A DNA stretch of 64,000 nucleotides from Macrostomum hystrix. Lineage: Eukaryota; Animalia; Platyhelminthes. Of this stretch, positions 37,821 through 50,135 are shown piece by piece (the first letter of the stretch is position 1; every line of letters starts with the position of its first letter). Position numbers and translations under genes: made by a program. Under the pieces are notes generated by a model. That model ran no database searches. It was not told the origin of the DNA and saw only the letters and a list, made by a program, of their open reading frames with translations. Where the stretch lies: positions 7,936,001 through 8,000,000 of the forward strand of contig CATNEN010000025.1 of assembly GCA_950097015.1 (NCBI GenBank), given 5' to 3'.

Positions 37821-38520
37821 AATATCAGCTTCAGCCAGTGAACCCTGATATAATCGTCCTTAAAGAGCAATGAACAATTCTCGTGCCGATCAATGACCCA
37901 GAAATTAGTGTGTCCTCAGGGCATAGAAAGTTTCACACCTCTTTGAATGATTCGGGCTACAGTCGATCAGTGACCCATGCGAGACAGCTGCGACATGGGG
38001 CTTCTAAATTCAGTTTTTTGGCCCGAATACGAAATAATACTCCGACTAGGACCGGGCATGAGCAGATGACTCAATCAGGGCAGGTTGGCGAGCTTGATCG
38101 AGCGGAAAGACGTCATACTTACCCAACCCCCGACCCCAGAGTCCACTGCCATCGGCATCATTCGCGTCCCACGCACCCACCCCACTCCGTCGAAGACTGC
38201 TGACAAATTAATATCGAGGCCAAGATCTATAGAGGAATTCTTCTGTTGGGACATTCCTAGAAGGCCTAGCATCTACTGGATGGGGTCAGTCTCTATAGTC
38301 AAGAAGCCCTTCCCTGATTGCTAGGGGCCTGGCCACAGGGAGCGCAGCTTTTCGGTTGCGTCATCAGGGCGATGATGCGCCGTAGTGGAGCGATTCAGCG
38401 ACCGCTAAACTAAACAGGCCTGCTGTGGATGAGAAAGTAAGTGGGCCGATTAAGATGACAGCTGCGGCCAATATGGAAATGGGACACTAATGGACTGTGG
38501 GACTTGCGGAATGAGGAATC

Positions 38521-39172
38521 GAGAGGGAGAGGGAGAGAGGGAGAGGAGAGGGAGAGGGAGAGGGAGAGAGGCAGAGGGAGAGGGAAAGAGTGAGAGGGAG
38601 AGAGAGAGGGAGAGGCAGAGAGGGAGAGGGAGAGGGAAAGAGGGAGAGGGAGAGGGAGAGGGAGAGGGAGAGGGAGAGAGGCAGAGGGAGAGGGAAAGAG
38701 GGAGAGGGAGAGGGAGAGGGAGAGGGAGAGGGAGAGGAAGAGGGAGAGAGAAAGAGGGAGAGAGAAAGAGGGAGAGAGAAAGAGGGAGAGGGGAAGAGGA
38801 AGAGGGAGAGGGAGAGAGAAAGAGGGAGAGGAAGAGGGAGAGGGGAAGAGGAAGAGGGAGAGGGAGAGGGAGAGGGAGAGGGGGAGGGAGAGGGAGAGAG
38901 GGAGAGGGAGAGAGGGAGAGGGAAAGAGGAAGAGAGAAAGAGGGAGAGGGAGAGGGAGAGGGGAAGAGGAAGAGGGAGAGGGAGAGGGAGAGGGAGAGGG
39001 AGAGGGAGAGAGGAAGAGGGGGAGGGAGAGGGAGAGAGGGAGAGGGAGAGAGGGAAAGAGGAAGAGAGAAAGAGGGAGAGGGAGAGGAAGAGAAAAAGAG
39101 GGAGAGGAAGAGGGAGATGGGAAGAGGAAGAGGGAGAGGGAGAGAGGGAGAGGAGGAGAAGAAGAAGAGGGA
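38521..39172. repeat. (GGGAGA)n-type polypurine tract
   Basis: Direct reading. Confidence 0.95.
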
Positions 39173-40189
39173 GCCAATAAAGAAACGGAATGAGCGGATA
39201 AGAGGAATGGTATTGTGTTTTAAAAACTTAAACTTAAAATTTAAAAACAATTTTAAACAAAGCTTTCAACAATGAAAAATTCAAAAGAAATCGAAAGGGA
39301 AGTCTTAAAATTTGTTTTTTTTCACATTGTTCAACCCGCATTCAATTTACGCAGCTGAGGTCGGGTGACAAAACTCTCTACTCAAGTCTCCAACATTGCT
39401 CAACAGAGCCCGGGTCTACGGAAAAGAATCACAGCGTGTGTCTGGAGAGAACAGGCGGCCCCGCCTTTGTGAACCTCCAGACAGAAAAAAAACACAAAAT
39501 TTCAGCCTTCAAACGCGCCGCTAATGTGATTTGAACACTATAGTCATAGGGGCATTGAAACCATTCAAAATGCGTATGGCACCAGGGAGGAAAAATTCTC
39601 AAATTGATAAAATTCAGTTTCTCCTATTGTCCGCACGCGATCTTCATCAGCAGGTTGACCTTTACAATTTCCAGTGGCTGCAGTTACAATATTGGCGCCC
39701 ATACCATTGCCTTTGATGTAGGATTCTTTATCTCCAATTAGTATATATATTTCTTTCTGGGGGTCGGTTGAGAAATTAGACTGGCGATTGAGAAGGTGAG
39801 AAATCCACTCTGGCTGAGGTGGGGGAGGGCAGGCACTTACACTCCCAGGCACTTCATCATCCCTTGTCGGAACTCAAACTAACTCAAAAGACACCTGTGA
39901 ATTTTCTAATGCATCATTTAGCAGCTGAGTTCTGGTCTGAAGAATTTTTTGTAATGAAACTTTCACTAGGAAAAATTGCGATTATAAATTTTCTTTCACA
40001 GATGTACCGGCCGATATTTATACCTGAGTGTGGCAGCTCACTGCTCCTACCCATGGATCAGTTGGGTACCGCTTGTGTGAGACAGCACGGCTGCGTATCA
40101 CCCAGGGTGAGTTCCACATCCCATTTGCTGTTTTGCTGCTTTTTTAATTCTTCAAATTTTTAAGAGGTAGTCTCAAGTAGCTATTAAAG

Positions 40190-40800
40190 TATTTTCAGGT
40201 TAGTTCTTAAACCATACTCATGTAGTTCTCAAACTAGTCTCCTGTACTTCTCTAACTATTTTCAGGTTAGTTCTCAAGGTATTCTCAGACAGTTCTCACA
40301 CTAGTGTCAGGTTAGTTCTCAAACTCAGCTCATGTAGTTCTCAAACTATTCTCATATAGTTCTCAAACTATTCTCAGGTTAGTTCTCAAACTCAGCTCAT
40401 GTAGTTCTCAAACTATTCTCATATAGTTCTCAAACTATTCTCAGGTTAGTTCTCAAACTATTCTCATATAGTTCTCAAACTATTCTCAGGTTAGTTCTCA
40501 AACTATTCTCATATAGTTCTCAAACTATTCTCAGGTTAGTTCTCAAAGCATTCTCATGTAGTTCTCAAACTATTCTCAGGTTAGTTCTCAAAGTATTCTC
40601 ATGTAGTTCTCAAACTATTCTCAGGTTAGTTCTCAAAGCATTCTCAGGCAGTTCTCAAACTATTCTCAGGTTAGTTCTCAAACTACTCTCATATAGTTCT
40701 CAAAGTATTCTCATGTAGTTCTCAAACTATTCTCAGGTTAGTTCTCAAAGCATTCTCAGGCAGTTCTCAAAGCATTCTGAGGTTACTGTCAAACTATTCT
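40190..40800. repeat. 22/23-nt minisatellite (GTTCTCAAACTATTCTCA-GGTTA/TATA)
   Basis: Direct periodicity. Confidence 0.9.
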
Positions 40801-41254
40801 AAGGTAGTTGAAAATATACTCGAGAAGCAATAATATTTAAAATGATGGTACTCAAAGCAGATTCAGTTTTCATGAAACAGCGGTTACAAAAAGGAAGTCA
40901 AGATAATACTTCATATACTATTGCGCGCGCTAAGCTAATTCTCATACAGCCAAACACTAAAAGGTTGAGGGGTTTTTAAACAATATTTTTGTGGAAACAA
41001 AAATTGTTGTTTCCTAAAAAACTGAGTCTAACAATGCGAGACTGAACGAATGGAACTGAAACGCGTGATAACCGCTCTCGAGACAGAGGGAAAACTAAAG
41101 CTAGTTGGCTCTTTGACGCATTTTTTCAGCGATGACTGACAGGTGAAGTAAAAAGTATTTATCCTAACAGTTGAAGTGTGACTCGAGAGGTAAAGTGAGC
41201 TAAAAATGTCGTCCATTTTCTATTGGGATGCAATGTCTATCGTTAAGGTAGTAG

Positions 41255-41745
41255 AGGCGGAGAGAGTGACAGAAGGGGTGGAGAGAGTGACAGATTGAGC
41301 GGAGAGTGACAGAAGGAGCGGAGAGTGACAGATTGAGCGGAGAGTGACAGAAGGGATGGAGAGAGTGACAGAAGGGGTGGAGAGAGTGACAGATTGAGCG
41401 GAGAGTGACAGAAGGGATGGAGAGAGTGACAGATTGAGCGGAGAGTGACAGAAGGGGTGGAGAGAGTGACAGAAGGAGCGGAGAGAGTGACAGAAGGGAT
41501 GGAGAGAGTGACAGATTGAGCGGAGAGTGACAGAAGGGGTGGAGAGAGTGACAGAAGGAGCGGAGAGAGTGACAGAAGGGGTGGAGAGAGTGACAGGAGC
41601 GGAGAGAGTGACAGAAGGAGCGGAGAGAGTGACAGAAGGGGTGGAGAGAGTGACAGAAGGGATGGAGAGAGTGACAGAAGGGATGGAGAGAGTGACAGAA
41701 GGGGCGGAGAGACTGGAGAAAAGGGGCGGAGAGAAGTGGAGGAGA
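41255..41745. repeat. ~19-21-nt minisatellite (GAGAGTGACAGAAGGGATGGA variants)
   Basis: Direct periodicity. Confidence 0.9.
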
Positions 41746-42624
41746 GAGTAATGGCTTCAAAGTTTTCAAGGTGAGTAAGCACGAGGGTGTCGGGTATAAA
41801 ACAGTGTAGTCACCTACAACTTAGTCACAATATCGAGTTTGCTTGTCAGAACTATTCATACGAAGCGACATGCTCCCGGACCCAGCTCAATAATTAGCTA
41901 AATTTGAGTCTCTTAAAAGACAGAAATAAAACCCAACACCCACTTTCTCAGAGCTGAGAAAGCAAATAGGGTGTAATTTCCAAAAGCTTTAAAAATAGCA
42001 TCTGGCGGGTCGTTGCTGTCGTTGCCTGCTTTTATTTATTCGGCAGTTTCCTGGGCGGGATCCTCATCCTCATTTCATTTGTTTGCTTTATATAAGAGAA
42101 ACTGCTCTTCCTATTGGAATTATTTTACTCCCAGATGGGCGTGGCGGAAGGGGATCGAAAGGGAAAATTGGTGCTGGGGTGGGAGTTTTGGAACACACGC
42201 CCAATGAACAATGCGACACAGTCTATACTCAAACAAACACAATCAACGACTCAGAGAAAGCGTGCGCGATCATTTTGGGTCGAAACAAAAACAACACAAA
42301 ACAACTCTAGTAAGCAGTATTTGCTGTTGCTATGCCACTATGGAGTTCTGGATATACAAGAACCCGGAGAGACAGTTTTCCAGACAGGTGACAGCTAGTG
42401 ACAGGCTTCCTAGCAGTACTTTGGAGAATCTTGACTTAATTATTGAGTCATGACAAATTGAATTACGACCATCATAGATCTTGTTTGATGGGAAAGCTTT
42501 GATCTTTCGTTTGGAAATCGGGATACATATCTCCACAAATATGGTGTATTTTTTCATTGATCGAATTCACTAGCCATATAGTGTAAGTATTGAGAAGTAG
42601 TTTAGAAATACTAAACAATAAGTT

Positions 42625-43508
42625 TATGGGATCTGGGAAGTTTGTGGGATCTGGGAAGTTTGTGGGATCTGGGTAGTTTTTGGGATCTGGGAAGTTTGTG
42701 GGATCTGGGAAGTTTGTGGGATCTGGGAAGTTTGTGGGATCTGGGAAGTTTGTGGGATCTGGGAAGTTTATGGGATCTGGGAAGTTTGTGGGATCTGGGA
42801 AGTTTGTGGGATCTGGGAAGTTTGTGGGATCTATGAAGTTTGTGGGATCTGGGAAGTTTATGGGATCTGGGAAGTTTGTTGGATCAGGGAAGTTTGTGGG
42901 ATCTGGGAAGTTTGTGGGATCTATGAAGTTTGTGGGATCTATGAAGTTTATGGGATCTGGGAAGTTTGTGGGATCTGGGAAGTTTGTGGGATCGGGGAAG
43001 TTTGTGGGATCTATGAAGTTTGTGGGATCTGGAAAGTTTATGGGATCTGGAAAGTTAGTGATATCTGGGAATTTTGTGGGATCTAGGAAGTTTGTGGGAT
43101 CTGGGAAGTTTGTGGGATCTGGGTAGTTTTTGGGATCTGGGAAGTTTGTGGGATCTGGGAAGTTTGTGGGATCTGGGAAGTTTGTGGGATCTGGGAAGTT
43201 TGTGGGATCTGGGAAGTTTGTGGGATCTGGGAAGCTTGTGGGATCTGGGAAGTTTGTGGGATCTGGGAAGTTTGTGGGATCTGGGAAGTTTATGGGATCT
43301 GGGAAGTTTTTGGGATCTAGGAAGTTTATGGGATCTGGGAAGTTTAGGGGATCTAGGAAGTTTGTGGGATCTAGGAAGTTTATGGGATCTGGGAAGTTTA
43401 GGGGATCTGGGAAGTTTGTGGGATCTATGAAGTTTATGGGATCTGGGAAGTTTAGGGGATCTAGGAAGTTTGTGGGATCTATGAAGTTTATGGGATCTGG
43501 GAAGTTTA
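42625..43508. repeat. 18-nt minisatellite (GGGATCTGGGAAGTTTGT)
   Basis: Direct periodicity. Confidence 0.95.
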
Positions 43509-44397
43509 GCTGATTTAGCAAGTTCAGTGGATTGTTCAGGTGTAAATGAACGAATTTCTGAATTTTAGCCTTCTCAAAAATCCGCTCAACTCAATGTGTT
43601 TTTTCACCATTTAGCATTGGCAAATTAGTCTTATCTAGATAAATTAGCATTGTGGCAAAGTTGCATTTTATTGATCAATAAATTTGATAGCAGCCCGTTA
43701 AACAAAAAGACCAGCATAAAAATCGATACACTCCATAAATACCCAATTAAGCTAGCTGTAATGTTCATTTTCGGGCCCATCATCAGCTGCTTTATGCACA
43801 GTCTAAAACTGGGGAAAAGATTATCAATTTCATTTTTTTCTGAAACGATAGTTATAACAATGCCTGCATCACCAGTGAGGCTGGGCGCTTGAAGATGGCA
43901 GGTGTGTGTGGTGGTTACGTAATAGCCTCCCCAACCCCTAGCGAGGCTCCTTGTAGCAGCAGGTTTATTAGCGTTCGGCATAATTTAATGTGACGTCAGG
44001 TTTTCGTTTATAGTCTGGGCGATTTCTCTCGCCCCTCTCCTCTCTTGTTGCAGTTTTCAATTTATTTTCCTTCTTTTAGTTCACGCGTCTCTGGCAGTTG
44101 ATGGTGGCGCTGACAGGTGGACACAGATTCGCCTACCTGATTATAGCTTGTTCAGTCCTATATGCGTGAATGGGATATACCTGAAGTATAATTTGGTAGA
44201 AGCCTAAGGTTCGAAACGCTTATACTCGTAAATCATCAACTCGCATACAGGATGAAAATAGGAAACAAGGCTTGGAGGCCTTAAATCAGGGACAGTTATC
44301 GTTTCTCTGGAAAAAAATAAGTGGAAGTTTCATAATATTTATTTCGTATAAGTCTCCATGTTTTTACTTAGTATGCGACACGTTACAGGCGTTATTC

Positions 44398-44690
44398 GTA
44401 CTTCCATTTTCACACTTCAAACTTACTCCACAATGTACATCTACTCATCAAACTCACTCCACAATGTACATCTGCACATCAACCTCACTCCACAATGTAC
44501 ATCTACGCACCAATCTCACTCCACAGTGTACAACTACACATCAAACTCACTCCACAATGTACAATTGCACACCAACCTAACTCCACAATGTACATCTACG
44601 CACCAATCACACTCCACAGTGAACATCTACACATCAACCTCACTCTATAATGTACATCAACACACCAGCCTCACTCCGCAATATACTTTA
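44398..44690 (+). repeat. Left arm of an inverted 30-nt minisatellite element
   Basis: Units ACTCCACAATGTACATCTACACATCAA(A/C)CTC; starts GTACTTCCA and ends CCGCAATATACTTTA. Confidence 0.88.
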
Positions 44691-44719
44691 AAAGGCCAAT
44701 CCTAAACACTGAATTCCAG

Positions 44720-44776
44720 CCCGGACTGCAGGTCTACCCTAGCCACACAGACATGCCCTTAGGCCGCCAGTACCAC

Positions 44777-44835
<59 letters not shown>

Positions 44836-45058
44836 CCTGCTACTCAAGCCGCAGCACGAGCGTCGCCGCTCAGACGAAGAGGACGCGCCCAGCGTTCACG
44901 ACTCCGGTCGCGGCGGCTCCGTGGAAGACGTGAAAGCGGCCCACCAGCACCCGCACCCCCCAATGGGCACCTTCACCGCGACATCGTCCTCGACCAATCG
45001 TGGCAGTCGATTAGTTCGACCTCCGGACCCGGCGACATCAGCTGGCACAATGATCTGA
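44720..45058 (+). CDS. Probable terminal cytoplasmic exon of the protocadherin (polyQ plus HDSGRGGS motif)
   Basis: Phase-0 acceptors at 44720 (TTCCAG) or 44732 match the phase-0 donor at 26295; DSGRGGS resembles the DSGxGDS conserved motif of delta-protocadherin tails; first GC-rich coding-like block downstream. Confidence 0.65.
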
Positions 45059-45544
45059 AACTGGCGCCATCCTCGAAGAAACGATTAACAAAATTCAATT
45101 AATGATTTTGGAGCTTTCTTACTCGTAGTTTGAGAAAAAACTAGCACGACTATTACAATTAGCCGCAGATTTTTAATCGTAGCTTTAGTGGCTCAAAAAC
45201 GTGTTTACTTTGGCCTCCTCACTGTTGTGAATGAATGAATGTATAAAGGTTGTACATAATTATCACTAGCTCTAATTACTTACGCATTGAATGCACTTTA
45301 ATTTTAGATTCTGAATGCAGGTAAAATATTAGAAATTGTACACATAGACATTGCGCTCGATAGGAAATTTCAATTTTTTGTTTTGTTGCATGCAACAGTT
45401 AATTGTTAATTGAAGACTAATCCCATAGAAAGAAATCTGAAATTCAAAACTGGATTGGTCAAGTTACCTCCAAGGACTGAAAATGTGTACACAGCCCAAT
45501 CGACAATCGGGCCCAGCATATCAATATTGCGATATACCCAGCAA

Positions 45545-45719
45545 TAAAGTATATTGCGGAGTGAGGCTGGTGTGTAGATGTTCACTGTGGAGTGAGATTG
45601 GTGCGTAGATGTACACTGTGGAGTGAGTTTGGTGCGTAGATGTACATTGTTGAGTGAGGTTGATGTGCAGATGTACATTGTGGAGTGAGGTTGATGTGTA
45701 GATGTACACTGGAAAGTAC
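45545..45719 (-). repeat. Right arm of the inverted 30-nt minisatellite element
   Basis: Reverse complement of the left arm, including both terminal motifs. Confidence 0.88.
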
Positions 45720-46654
45720 ATCAGCCTTTTTCTCTATTCTAGCTACGAAGGCACGAAATCTAATTATTGATTGATTGATTTTTTTCAAAACTTCGTTCCT
45801 GATGTGTTGCTTGTGTGTTTTCCATTTTTAGCCCTGTCTCCGTGTCCCAGAACTCTTGATTTAATTTCGCTGCTCATAAATTATAGTGTCAAACACAGAA
45901 CTTTCGCGTTGTCAGTAGAACTAAAAAACCATGATAATTAAATACACGAATTAATAATACCTTAGTCTTCGCAGCTAAAAACAGACGATCAGTCAATTCG
46001 TAAAACTTTTTGTTAAATATTTTAAACGAAAAAGCACTTCCACTTTCCTCCCAGTCTCACTAATCCCCATGCTGAGAACTCGGGTGACACCCGATTCAGG
46101 ACACGAAATCAATTGCAACTCGAAAGTAAACTTATAAACCTCTCACAAAGTTCGCAATAAAATTAGAAGAACTTGCAGTGCTTCTCGTTTTCTATGTTGT
46201 TAAATCTATCTCGACTCCTGCCGAGATATCACAGGAAACCGAACCCAGGGATCTACAAGGGTGGTGAGCCGGTCCTTAACATTGTGTTGCAAAATCCCAA
46301 AATCCCAAATCGCTAATGACCGCCCCAAGGCACAACTGCCACTCCACCCCGACCGGTTGTTGAAGCTTCCGTTCGCCACAACATCCCCAGTTCACAATCT
46401 ATTTATTCCCACATATCTGAGAGACCTATGCTAAAAAACCCCGGGTAAGTCCGTCCACTCCAGCAGCCATTCGAGCGAAGATGCTCGAGCTTTGAAATCA
46501 GGTCCAAACCAGACATCCACTTCACACACAATTCTCACACAAAACACACCCAAAATTGGAACTAATCGAACAGCTGGGATTCTGTCGGCGCTTGTTAACT
46601 TAAAAAGCTTTTGTAAAGAAATCCCGAGTAGGCAGTTTCCTAGATTCTCTCACA

Positions 46655-47335
46655 CCAATGTCTCTGACTCTCTCACCCCAATCTCCCTGACTCTCTCACC
46701 CCAATCTCCCTGACTCTCTCACCCTTATCTCCCTGACTCTCTCACCCCAATCTCCCTGACTCTCTCACCCCAATGTCCCTGACTCTCTCACCCCAATCTC
46801 CCTGACTCTCTCACCTCAATCTCCCTGACTCTCTCACCCCAATCTCCCTGACTCTCTCACCCCAATGTCCCTGACTCTCTCACCCCAATGTCCCTGACTC
46901 TCTCACCTCATTCTCCCTGACTCTCTCACCTCAATCTCCATGACTCTCTCACCTCAATCTCCATGACTCTCTAACCCCAATCTACCGGACTCTCTCACCT
47001 CAATCTCCCTGACTCTCTCACCCCAATCTCCCTGACTCTCTCACCCCAATGTCCCTGACTCTCTCACCTCAATGTCCCTGACTCTCTCACCCCAATCTAC
47101 CTGACCCTGTCACCTCAATCTCCCTGACTCTCTCACCCCAATGTCCCTGACTCTCTCACCTCAATCTCCCTGACTCTCTCACCTCAATCTCCATGACTCT
47201 CTCACCTCAATCTCCATGACTCTCTAACCCCAATCTACCGGACTCTCTCACCTCAATCTCCCTGACTCTCTTACCCCATTCTCCCTGACCCTCTTACCCC
47301 AATCTCCCTGACTCTCTCACCTCAATCTCCCAATC
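46655..47335. repeat. 23-nt minisatellite (CTCTCTCACCCCAATCTCCCTGA)
   Basis: Direct periodicity. Confidence 0.93.
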
Positions 47336-47860
47336 ACTCATTAGCCAGAATAAAATATTTAAGTGGAAAATGTCATACGGGCTTAGTTAAAAATTGTCGG
47401 CACAAATAAACAGCAGGCTAGGCCACATTTATTCAGCTTTTGATCACAATCCACTAAAATGGAATCCCTTTTTTATAGCTGCTCAACAAAATGACGTCTA
47501 CCTTGCACGTGCCGCACTATTTCCCTACAAATTTATTCCCCCCCCCAGCACAATGAATTCTTTGTAGAACAAAAACATTGATTTGGTCCCAACGAGCCGT
47601 TTTTGTTCGTTAAATGTTTCATTCTCACAAGCAACTTCCTCCCCTTGACCAAGCCAAACATCAAAAGGTTTCGCGCGTACCCCTAGGACTCCACCTTCCA
47701 GTGAATTACGCAATCATCTTTGCTCAAGAATTTAATAGACTCATAATAAAAGAATGTCCAACTCGAGTTTGATAAGCAAATATTGGAGTGAGCTCTGAGC
47801 AAAGAGTCCACTTGCCTTTTAAAACATCATATTGTATACATCGGTATCAATCTGTAAGAT

Positions 47861-47955
47861 GGGTGACACTATCAGTGTTGCAAGATGCAGTTAAAGATCC
47901 GCCTCTCCCACCGAGGTCCCTGAGCTCGAATCCGCGGAGGCCACAATTTTTTTTG
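47861..47955 (+). mobile_element. Head-only, diverged copy of the tRNA-derived SINE followed by a T run
   Basis: GAGGTCCCTGAGCTCGAATCCGCGGAGGCCACA matches the heads at 18625 and 29092. Confidence 0.7.
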
Positions 47956-48058
47956 TACGGAGAGAAGACTCATGTGGCTTATCGTCCAATATAATATAAT
48001 ATTTTTCTATGAACTGGTCGATTCTATTCAATATCGATTTATGCGAGACTAGCCGCAG

Positions 48059-48076
48059 CACGTGACGTCACGTGAC
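48059..48076. promoter_or_regulatory. Overlapping E-box / CRE / CLEAR palindrome
   Basis: CACGTGACGTCACGTG is a perfect 16-bp palindrome containing TGACGTCA; it overlaps GTCACGTGAC (48067-48076). Confidence 0.45.
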
Positions 48077-48694
48077 GTGACGAAACGATGACCTCGAGAT
48101 GTAACTTTTGCTTAATTTTCAATTAGCTGAATATTGGTATCTAAATAAAAATATTTTCGTTTTGATTCTGTCAGGTTCGTGAGAATAGGTGCTCTATGAA
48201 TCTTTTTTCCTATTTTTCCTATAGATTTTTTGAAGGATCAGAAAAATGCAATTGCGCAACACAAATTTCGGTAGAGGTCGGGTTCACAGGGGGCGCAATT
48301 GGGTCGGGGTCAAAGTGAGACAGCTGAACTGAGACATGCGCGCGCAGTCTAGGAGAGAAAGTTGGGTCCGAGTTGAAGAAAAAACTCGGTAACAGGTTGC
48401 GTGTCACAATGGTCGTCTGTCCGCGTCAGTTTAGACCCTAACCTAACCCGTCAGTCTCGTTAGGTTCAGACTGTGGGTAGTGGTTGACACGCAATGGCTG
48501 GATTTTACTCTCGTTATTACTAGTATATTCTTTTACTAGAAAACCGTTCCGTTTTCAATGACTGAGTAAGCATTTCTCTTAATGACAATTCGATCCGCTT
48601 GATTTCTAATTGGAAAGTGTGGCAAATTTGTTTATTTATTTTGAAAGTGACTGTCGATACTTTGTAGGAGAAAATAGTGTAGCTGGAGTAGCCG

Positions 48695-48990
48695 CCAGAG
48701 GTGCTAGCGAGAGGCAGCGGCCAGTAGAGGAGGGAGGTGGGTGTTAGCGAGAGGCAGCGGCCAGTAGAGGTGTGAGGTGGGTGTTAGCGAGAGGCAGCGG
48801 CCAGTAGAGGTGTGAGGTGGGTGTTAGCGAGAGGCAGCGGCCAGTAGAGGAGTGAGGTGGGTGTTAGCGAGAGGCAAGGCCAGTAGAGGAGTGAGGTGGG
48901 TGTTAGCGAGAAGGCAAGGCCAGTAGAGGAGTGAGGTGGGTGTTAGCGAGAGGCAAGGCCAGTAGAGGAGTGAGGTGGGTGTTGCGCGAG
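48695..48990. repeat. 40-nt minisatellite (GTGGGTGTTAGCGAGAGGCAGCGGCCAGTAGAGG..)
   Basis: CCAGTAGAGG at 48721, 48761, 48801 and 48841. Confidence 0.93.
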
Positions 48991-48999
48991 GCAGGCACC

Positions 49000-50135
49000 C
49001 CAGCTAGTAACAATGATCCCATTAAGTCACAATGATCCCATCTATTCACAATGATCCCAGCTAATGATCCTCATAACGGTGGATGAGGAAAGGCCAGAAA
49101 AGGAGCAATCAGTAGGGCTGCAGTGGTAGCGAAGGCCGGATATGCGGAAGGGATGAGGCAGTGTAAAGAAGCGCAACACGAAAGCGAGTCTCGCAGCTTC
49201 ATATTCTGCATTTATGTTAGATTTTTATTCAACAAATTTATAGAGAAAGTAGCTCAGATTGTGTATAGACAGGCGGATAGATTTCAGGGGAGTTGAAATA
49301 CGCCAGACTTTTCAACGCAAACACAAGTTGGCAGCAGGCCTGTATATAATGGGGATCTGTTTAAATTTGTTCGGAAGCGAAAATTCGCGGACAGACAATC
49401 AGAAGATAAGATAAGAAATACAAACAGTCGAGAGCAGACTGAAAGTGATAAAGCCAGAATGAAGACTTTTTTAGGGATTAGTTATGCATGTTGGCGCAGA
49501 TCGCTGTATTCCCCAAGTGGGAAAGACAAATATCCTAACAGGTAAAAATGCTGGCTCACTTTTATATGCAAAACTAAATATTTAATACAAAATTGGTATA
49601 CATTTTACAATGATCAGAGCTCATTTCTCAATGATCAGAGTTCATTTCACAATGATCAGAGCTCATTTCTCAATGATCAGAGCTCATTTCTCAATGATCA
49701 GAGCTCATTTCACAATGATCAGAGCTCATTTCACAATGATCAGAGCTCATTTCACAATGATCCCAGCTAGACCCCAGCTAGTCACAATGATCCCAGCTAG
49801 TCACAATGATCTCATTAAGTCACAATGATCCCAGCTAGTCACAATGATCCCATCTAGTTACAATGATCCCAGCTAGTCACAATGATCCCATTAAGTCACA
49901 ATGATCCCAGCTAGTCACAATGATCCCATCTAGTCACAATGACCCCATCTAGTCACAATGATCCCATTAAGTCACAATGATCCCAGCTAGTCACAATGAT
50001 CCCATCAGTTACAATGATCCCAGCTAGTCACAATGATCCCATTAAGTCACAATGATCCCAGCTAGTCACAATGACCCCATCTAGTCACAATGATCCCATT
50101 AAGTCACAATGATCCCATCTAATCACAATGATCCC
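49000..50135. repeat. 19-20-nt CAATGATC-core minisatellite, interrupted by about 530 bp of unique DNA (49070-49605)
   Basis: Direct reading. Confidence 0.88.

Noticed and set aside
38340-38372. Minus-strand CTGATGA..GAAA as hammerhead or box C/D snoRNA
   Set aside because: Stem II closes with C-C, the cleavage triplet would end in G, stem I fails, and there is no terminal stem for a C/D RNA
38410-39275. Arg/Gly/Glu-rich and Ser/Leu/Pro-rich ORFs (also 20350-21145, 22481-23038)
   Set aside because: Translations of GA-rich microsatellites
41036-41080. CTGAACGA..GAAACGCGT hammerhead-like string
   Set aside because: Extra base in the core, G at the cleavage position and a displaced stem I
49061-49091. 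CTAATGA-hairpin-GAAA hammerhead-like string
   Set aside because: The essential G of CUGA is replaced by A, and stems I and III are absent
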